64,000 bases of DNA, taken from positions 310,001 through 374,000 of the forward strand of contig JAMDHS010000004.1 of NCBI GenBank assembly GCA_029717555.1, read 5' to 3'. Position numbers and translations under genes: made by a program. The notes below the pieces were generated by a model. It searched no databases, had not been told where the DNA came from, and worked only from the letters and a program-made list of their open reading frames with translations. The stretch is from Peribolospora baueri. Taxonomy: Eukaryota. This document shows positions 56,501 through 64,000 of this stretch, piece by piece (positions within the stretch are counted from its first letter, which is position 1; each line of letters opens with the position of its first letter).

Positions 56501-59034
56501 GGCGAGTGATGCGGAGACTTCGGCGTCATACTGATGTTCAGAAAGCCGAAGCCGAAACGAACACGCACAGTCAGCGGGCGGTGCGCACCGTACGACGGCA
56601 AACACGTCGAAACGTCACCACATCCGCGCATCCAGCTAGACGCGTCGCTGCTCACCTTGAGCGCCGATTCGAACTCGTTCAAATATTCCTTCTGCCTCAC
56701 GCGCTCCGCCTCGCCCCTCTCCTCGCGGAGCAACATGATCATATGTTCCACCGCCTCGGAGATGCGGCCGTCCGCGTACGCCTGTCTGCCCAACGAGTGG
56801 TGCACGTGATCCCTGACGAGCTTCCAGGGCCTATCCCAGTAGAGAGCGGCGGCGGCTGTGAAGCAACGGCGGGAAAGCTCCTTCTGGCCGCAGACGTCGT
56901 ATCGGTTCGCGGCCATGACAAGGTGGAGGGCGTATCGACGGACGCTCGGACGGGGTTTCTGGCGGAGGTCGGCCAGTGCAGCTTGTTCCAGGAGCAGAGC
57001 GCTCGTCACCTCATCCGCCGCGCTCGCCGCTCTTAAAAGGGCGGCGGGGGCGGAGCGATAGTGTTCGAGGGCATGGTAGGCTTCGTAATAGAGGAGGGTA
57101 GCGCGGACGGAGTGAAGGGCGAGCTGCAGCGGGTTGTTTCCCACGACCGAAGGGATGGAGCGCGACTGTGCGTACAGCTGCAGGGCTGAGGAGAGATATG
57201 AGTCGACGTCTATTGGAGAAGTACGTGCGGTAAGCATGATGAGGAGGTGAGAGAGGCCGAACATTTCCTGCGACGACGGGCGAGCGGGAAGGGACGGGGA
57301 TCGGGAGCGAACATTGAGCGGAGACTTCAGAAGGGAATGAGATTCGGGAGAGAAGACGAAAGTGCTCCATGTCCATCTCACCGTCGCACCCGCGGCGTAC
57401 TTCCAAGCCTTGTCGTTTGTAAAGTCCCTCCTTCCGACGTCGTACGTGGCAGCCGCGAGCTTGTAGTCGCGTATCATGAACGCAAAATCGGCCAGACGCC
57501 GAGTGAGCGCCTCGTTGGCCGCAAAGGGGTAGAAACCTTGGACGGGGTTGTAGCCGGGAGCGGCCTGGGCGGGCGAGTTGGATCGGGAGGATCCGAAGTA
57601 TTTGCGTCCAGCGCTGAAAAGGCGGCCCGTCAGTCCCTTGCGTACGGACGCGAGCTGGTCATTCCATTGCTGTACGCTCCTCTCCATGAACGGGATGATG
57701 CTCTGCGCGGTCATCTCCCTCAGGAAGGCCTTGACGGACCTGACGTCTTCGCCAGTCAGGTACCGGCCGTACATCTTATCCTCTTTTACGAAAGCGTGTC
57801 CCGACTCTGAATCCGTTTCCGGGGCGCTAACGAGCTCGCGGGTCTTGGAAAGTAAGTCACCCCATAGCGCGCTGAACTGTGGAGGTGGGACATCGGTCGG
57901 CTCGGCCGAATTGAGGGGAAGAAGACCGCAATGGACGCCGTAGACTTTTTTAATCGACTCGAACAGCTGGATAGAACTGGGGACGAGGAAAGAACAAAAA
58001 AAAGGAGGGATGAGCGATGGCCTGACGTGGTCAGCTGGCGCAGCCGACGGGCTCGCTCACTCTTTTGCGTCGCTCGTCCGCTTGTCGTGGACGAGGACAT
58101 AGTACCGAAACACGTTGGGGTCCATGAATGGCCTGGAGGAGTGTAATCGGGGCATCGTGGTGGCATCGTAGAGCTGAGCCAGAGCATTCATGGGATCGGG
58201 GTTGTTGGATGAGATGGCGAGGAGGTCTGTTCGCCCACGTGCGGTCGTCCTATGTCAGTGACGACTCCCGAAGCAAGCCAGAGTCCGAGGGCCGCACTCA
58301 CAAGCGACGGGATGTCCGAATGTCTCGTGCTCGGAAATGCTCCCACAGCGCAGGGTGAGGTCACGAAAGTCGGCGAACCAAGGCGTGAGCTCGTCCAAGG
58401 ACGCTGTCACCGGCAGGCGGCCACCACCCCCCCAAAAAGACGCATGGCGCCGGGTGAGCATGGAGCGGTTCGGGAGCAGCGGCTCGTCAACGTGGCCCGG
58501 GCCAGCCCAAGGGCACGGGTCAGGAAGAGTGTCTTGACAAGCGACCAGACTCACCCTGTCTGAGCGCGTCATCAACATCGTCCACAGAAGCGATGTCGAG
58601 CACGGGCGTGGACCGATCCCACTCCTTCACTCGCGCCCTCAACCGGGCGTTGACGGCATCGAAGACGAGCTCAGGTCGGCCTCCGCCGGCGGGGCCGCGC
58701 TCATCGGCGGCGTCGAGCGAGCGAAGGTCATCGATGCGGAGAGGGAAGGACGGCAGCTGGCGAGATTCGAGCTGGGTGGTTCGGACGATGACTGCGAAAG
58801 AAGGGAGGGCCGAGTGGATGAGCGCGTTTCCCGACGGAGGGAGCGCCGAACGAGAACCAGACCTGACCGGACCAGACCATCCGTCTCACCTCGCTCGACG
58901 CTGGTCTCCCAAGGCTTGAGCAGGTCGGCAAAGTTGGCCAGCTCGTTGGCCCGGCAGAGTTCGTCGACGTCCGGACTGGCGATCACGGCCACGCGCGGCG
59001 CGAGCGCCTCGTGCACCCTTGATTCGGCCGCCAT
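53516..59034 (-). CDS. TRS85: TRAPP III-specific subunit Trs85/TRAPPC8
   Basis: ALAPRVAVIASPDV, LTPWFADFR, EHETFGHPVAC, FLREMTAQSIIPFMER, RRLADFAFMIRDYKLA..YD..RRDF. Multi-exon, with C-terminal Ig-like regions. Confidence 0.9.
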
Positions 59035-59689
59035 GGGCTCGTTGGAGCGAGGGACAAGCAAACCAAGCGCGCTTCAGAGGCCGCCTGTAGATTTGGATTC
59101 GTAGTCCGGCAAGGCGAAAGAGAAGGGGAACGGAAAGGAGAGGTCGAAGGAGGAGGACGAGAGGGCATCCAAGGTACCACCACCCAGGCGTGATCGAGAC
59201 CTAGAGAACAGGAACCTCCGCATGCGCCTGCGGCGATAAGCGGCGAGGGCTTCGTCAATCACGTGCAGCGCACGTGGCGTGTGCGCGGCTAGGGGACGAG
59301 ATGTGATGTCATCACCTGCCTGTGCATCGGCTTCGACGGTCTGACGGACGACCGATGCGATGAGGCGATATGAGCGAGGAAACAGGACGGACAGAGGTGG
59401 TGTGAATGAAGGATGGAGACGGATGAGCTACATATGTACGTCGACAGGCGAAGGCCATTTGTGGCGTGCGTCGTAGCGTCGCCAACCTTTACGTAAGCAC
59501 ACATGAATGAACCGGCGTCGACAGGAGAAAACTCACCGACGGGGCGGTTCGATCCGATCTGAGAGATGGACGAGACGAATGCGTAGCGAATCGACGACGA
59601 CGACGACCACCACCACCACCTCGCCTCTATCCTCGAGACCAGGCCAAGAGCGACCCAACTGCGCTCCCAGAGCTCGTGCTTGAGCAGGG

Positions 59690-60360
59690 GGGTACTTTCA
59701 TGAACCGCCAGGACATCCTCCAGCAACTGCAGAACCCAGAAATCGACGCCAGTTTTTCAAACCCTTTAGGAAGCGACCAGGAACGCCCAGGACCCGCCGT
59801 AATCTCTCCAGGATAGTCTCTTGGTGTACAACAGCGTAATATACATCCCAGACTATTGACCACTCAAGACCAAGCTCCTGCAACCAACCAACAAGCGCAT
59901 GACTGCCCAACAACGGCGACACATTGGTCAGACCCCCAAGACCCTGGAGATCGCTCTCAAGAAAACGACTACTATCTCGTCCGTGAAGGGCCTTTGTCAA
60001 CAACTATCCTGCCAAACACACAAACCATACCAAGCGACCATGCCAAATATGGCCTCGTGCAACCTGCCCATCTCTCATCCAGGCCCCGGGACTTGGTCAC
60101 TGTCGTGGGGATGAAGTGACTCACTCGTCTTGGTGAGCCCTATCCGCAAGGATCAAAGGCAGGTCCACAATGGAATCCATGGAGAGGGATAGCCGGGGTC
60201 TTGTCTTGAGGGTGTGTGGGAGCGGTCGCAAGAGGTGTATACCAGGCTGTTGTACAGCAAGAGTTATCCATCCTGACGGGAGTATGGAGAGATGCTCGAG
60301 GTTCCTGGTCATCCCTTGACGGCCTTGAAGCACTGGGGCCGGTTTCTGTACAACCGGCCA
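59690..60360. mobile_element. Degenerate Ty3/Gypsy integrase-region remnants, two fragments in opposite orientation
   Basis: Lower-GC segment. Plus strand, across frameshifts: LLVYNSVIYIPD, AHDCPT, HIGQT..KTLE, AFVNNY, HAKYGLVQP..SRP. Minus strand: LLLYNSLVY, LSMDSIVDLP, DR-LTK, HFIPT. Confidence 0.75.
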
Positions 60361-61638
60361 GCGAAATCGACGGACGAACGAGGAAGGGAGGAAGAACGAA
60401 AGAACGAAAGAAACGGATGAGCAACCGGCCAACCGAGGAAATAAAATAAATGCCCTAGATGGAAGAAGACGCTGGACGGGTGCGCAACGGACGGACGCAC
60501 GGAAGGACGAAAGAGAGGTGGGAAGCGAGAGGTGACGAGTAAACAAAATTTAAACGACGTGGGCGTCGCACGGCACGGCACGGCATGGCACGGCACGGCA
60601 TGGCACGACTGACGTGCGAGCGTTCGTTCGTTTAAAACGAACAAACATCTCTCCGTCGATCTCATTGCGTGTCTGGCAGTCGGAGTCAGTGCCACGGCAT
60701 GAGCTCGCACTCGTACTCATCTGTCTCTCTATCTGTCTGGCAGGGCCGGAGCGTCGTCAAAGCTGAGATCAGACGCTCCGCCGCTGTCAAAGCTGAGATC
60801 GCCAAGTATGCAAGACAATCATCGGCCGTGACGCCGAAAGGAACATAGCGGATATCAAGGACATGGTATCCTACCCTATCGTATCTTATAGACAACAAAA
60901 AAACCGAAAAACCGCGAAACGCACACCAGAAGCGCTACTGTTACATACATACCGTACGCGGATGGAACCGATCCAACGACACGCGAACAACACAGCGAGC
61001 AGGAAGGCTCGACTGACAAGCGGCGGGGAGGAGAAGTGACGTTAGGCGAGGCGGCCTAAGGAACCCTGACGGACGAATGGATATCAGCGAGGCTGGGGGA
61101 GCGGCGACCGGGGGAGGGATGGAAGAGGGCAGACAGAGCAACGAGCGCCCGGACCGATGAACGTGTACGTGGTATGGAGGTTAAGCTAGCAGGGGCCGGT
61201 GGGTGAGGGGATGGGATATACGAACGACGGACGGTAAACGAGAAAAAAAGACGAACAAGGACAACGACAAGGGAAAGCATGCTCGAGCGATGAGGGAGAA
61301 CGAACATGGACAGCATGTACATACGCACGCACGCATGCAGGGAAGCGCGGGCAGCGGCGAATAAGGCGCGGAAGGAGAGCGTGTTGGACGACTTGCAACA
61401 GAGAGAAGCGTCCATGCGGAAGAACAACTAAGAGAAGACGAGACAAGATAGCTAACTGCGAAGAGTCTGTTGCGAGGCAGACGGTTGGGCGGGTGTGGTC
61501 GGGCGAGAGGCCGAGTCCGCCTGCGTCCGTCGTCGTCACACCAGGGTGGACGCGTCCGTCAGGTCGAAAGCTCGCCTCCACCCGCTGGTCACGCCGACAT
61601 TACCCAGATACCGGTCAAGGAAAGAAAGAGGATGGCCG

Positions 61639-64000
61639 CTAGAAGTCTGTGATACGCTGACGCTTGGAATCCAAAAAGGCGGATGTGGCCGAGGCTTTGC
61701 GATAGGAATGACACTGGGATAAGGGAGTCGCGTCGCAAGCCAGCAGAAAAGTCAGTCAGTCAGCAGCCGCGTGGGATCGGTGAAACGACAGCGCGAGGTG
61801 GCTCACCTGGTGGGCGTGCCTATACCATGCCACAAAGCTTCTCCTGCGCTTCATATTGGCCATGGCGATCCAGTGGTCACACTGATGACACCTTCCCTCG
61901 AGCATGTCCCCCGCCTCGCTCACCCGCGTCTCCAGGGGTGGCGCGAAGGGTCGACCAGAGATGGCCGAGATGCCGTGCGTGTTCTGTTTGTGATACCTGC
62001 GCGGCGTGCACCCGCGAGCGCGTTAGAACAGGAAGAAACAAAAAAAGGGCAGGAAGAGTAAGCTTCGGCAAGGAGAGAGGAAACGATGTGCCGTTCCGCT
62101 CACCAGAACTGTGAATTCTTCAACTGGAACCACCCTCCGTTCTCGCAAAGGTCGCACCACCCCTCGCGAGCATTGCTCGTATACCTCACCCACAGCGGGG
62201 TATAGAGATCTCCGTCGAAGCGCACCTTGTCCGTCTGCTGGCGGGGAACGGCATCGGGATCGGTCGTCTCAAAATCACTCGCCGGAGGCGTGCTGGCGTT
62301 GTGCGAACGGTGTACCTCGGCGGTGTACCGAAAGGCAGGGTTGATCTCGTAGCGCTTCCCACCGCCCGCGGTCGCGGCCAAGCCGGCACCCTTGCCGCCC
62401 ATTTCTCCGGAGGGCAAGCTCGAGTACCCTCCGTACTGATGCATCCCCTGCGTGCCCGGCGTGTAGTGAGAGGCGTAAGCGCTGGAGGAGGGGAAAGACG
62501 ACGACGGCTGAGAGATGGCAGGACTGGCGGAGAACACGGCCGTCGAAGACGAACCCTGCGGGCTGGTGCTCCAGCTCTGGCCGGGACCGGGTGAGGGAGT
62601 GTGTGTGCTCGGACCGGCGGCCAGATACGCGCCGCCAGAGTGGAACGTGGACGAGCCTGGCTGCGAGGGGAAATAGCTGGCCTGCGAGGTCGAATATCCT
62701 GATCCGGAAGTCCACGACGGCTGAGAGCGTTGAGAGGGGTATGAAGAGTAGCTAGCGCTGGCGAAGGAAGACGGCTGGGTGGGCGACGCATACGATGTGG
62801 ACGCCAAGTCGACTCCACCACCTCCGCTGCTCGTAGAGGCGTAGCTCGACTGGGCGGAGGATGTCATCGCCGGCGGAGTGGGCAAGTGCCCTCCGCTGTA
62901 CCAGTTGGAATAAGAGGTCAGGCTCGCCCCTCCGGTTGGAGCGCTCATCTCGTGAACGCCTGCGCCGGGGCCTAGATCTTGCGACGAGCCGTCGTCGGGC
63001 CCGTAGGGGTCCGTATAGGAGCGTTTGCGAGCCGACGGCATTGTCATGAGCGGACCTGGTGGACCGTAGGTGGTGGAGGGCGACGCGGGATGGACGGTGG
63101 GCACAGAGGACGACGATGTGGGCGACTGACTCACGGCGGCGCGGAACGAAGGCGGCGGGAAGACGGACGGCTTGGTCAGGCGTGCTTGGACGGGCGACAG
63201 GGAAGAAGTGTATACCGCAGAACGGGTCTGATCGGCGACGGTGACGGGCACGGCGCGAGTCGGCGCCCTCCGCGTCTCGTTATAGATCGTGTCGAGCGCA
63301 CGATGGTAGCCTGTGGGACTGGAATAAGAAGAGGGCGAGGCAGGTGGTGGTCGTCGCAGATTCGTGTCGCCCCAGCTGCCCTGATATGGATCCGATCCGG
63401 CCGAGGCATGTGGGGCGGCGGCGGTGGCCTGGGGTGGGCTCTGGACCGCGGAGGAGGGCAAAGCGGCAGTCGGGTCGCTAGCGGGGCGCGACGGAGCTGA
63501 AAGTCCGAGGCTGGCGTAGCTGTCTTGTTTGAGCTGCGCAGGGCCTTGTCGCACGTCGGGAAGGGGATAGTTTATGCCGGACGAGGAGACGCCCGGCAGC
63601 GGGTTGGCATGACTGGACGAGCAGACATCGGCATAGTGAGCGCTCAGGTGCTGCCCTACGGCGCTGAAAGGATTGGTGTAAGAGGGAGCAGCGCACCCGC
63701 TTGGGTTCTGCCACGACGCCGCTGGCGCGGCGTCGACGGAAAACCTGGAGGACGACGAAGGCGAGTCCGCGGCGATCGTCCAGGCCGGTTGGCTTGTGTC
63801 GGTTGAAAGGGGCAGACCGCTATTTGTGCTCATCGTGACCGAAGGGTCGACGTGCGGGCCAAGCGATGACTCGATGCCGGCCAAGGACGTGTTCGAGCCG
63901 GTGTGATGGGAGCGTCCGAGGACGGATACGCCTTCGACCGGCGGTGGGTCTTGGTAAGTAGAGGACGACTTGTCGAACGACGGGGCTCTCGTCGTCCTGG
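61639..64000 (-). CDS. Rua1_C (DUF4451)-domain zinc-finger protein, probable transcription regulator; 5' end lies outside the window
   Basis: Exons >64000-62104, 61996-61807 and about 61713-61639: RFDGDLYTPLWVR...EGWCDLC...WFQLKNSQFW|YHKQNTHGIS...EGRCHQC...WYRHAHQ|CH. Long Ser/Pro-rich N-terminus. Confidence 0.8.

Noticed and set aside
60756..60799. 15-bp direct repeat gtcaaagctgagatc x2
   Set aside because: The copies are only 14 bp apart with nothing element-like between them; probably local slippage.
1..64000. tRNA, rRNA or other structured RNA genes
   Set aside because: None recognised by eye; tRNAscan-SE and Infernal runs would be needed to exclude them.

Overview
GC-rich, intron-rich eukaryotic DNA with GT(G/A)AG(T/C)...YAG introns, most consistent with a basidiomycete fungus. 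The six-frame ORF track is mostly exon fragments or GC-driven noise, so I rebuilt gene models by hand from splice signals. About 19 genes are supported: a multi-LIM protein, a Pal1-family protein, an HD-domain hydrolase, an unassigned Cys-Pro-repeat membrane protein, MMM1, a Ubp2-like deubiquitinase, a Rom2/Rgf-type RhoGEF, an SDR, a FucP-family MFS transporter, a divergent KARI/IlvC-like enzyme without a presequence, a second SDR, a Mid2-like sensor, three small hypothetical genes (two of them tandem paralogues), a low-complexity protein, UreD, Trs85 and a Rua1_C-domain zinc-finger protein that runs off the right edge. There is also a degenerate Ty3/Gypsy remnant. Best leads: (1) a candidate catabolic cluster SDR-FucP-KARI-like-SDR (29.3-39.7 kb) whose KARI has a remodelled active site; (2) a 394-aa predicted ER membrane protein in which all 15 cysteines sit in Cys-Pro dipeptides in exon-duplicated repeats; (3) a tandem paralogue pair differing by three introns and a frameshift; (4) a recurrent telobox-like promoter motif. 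Family names come from motif recognition, not database searches.
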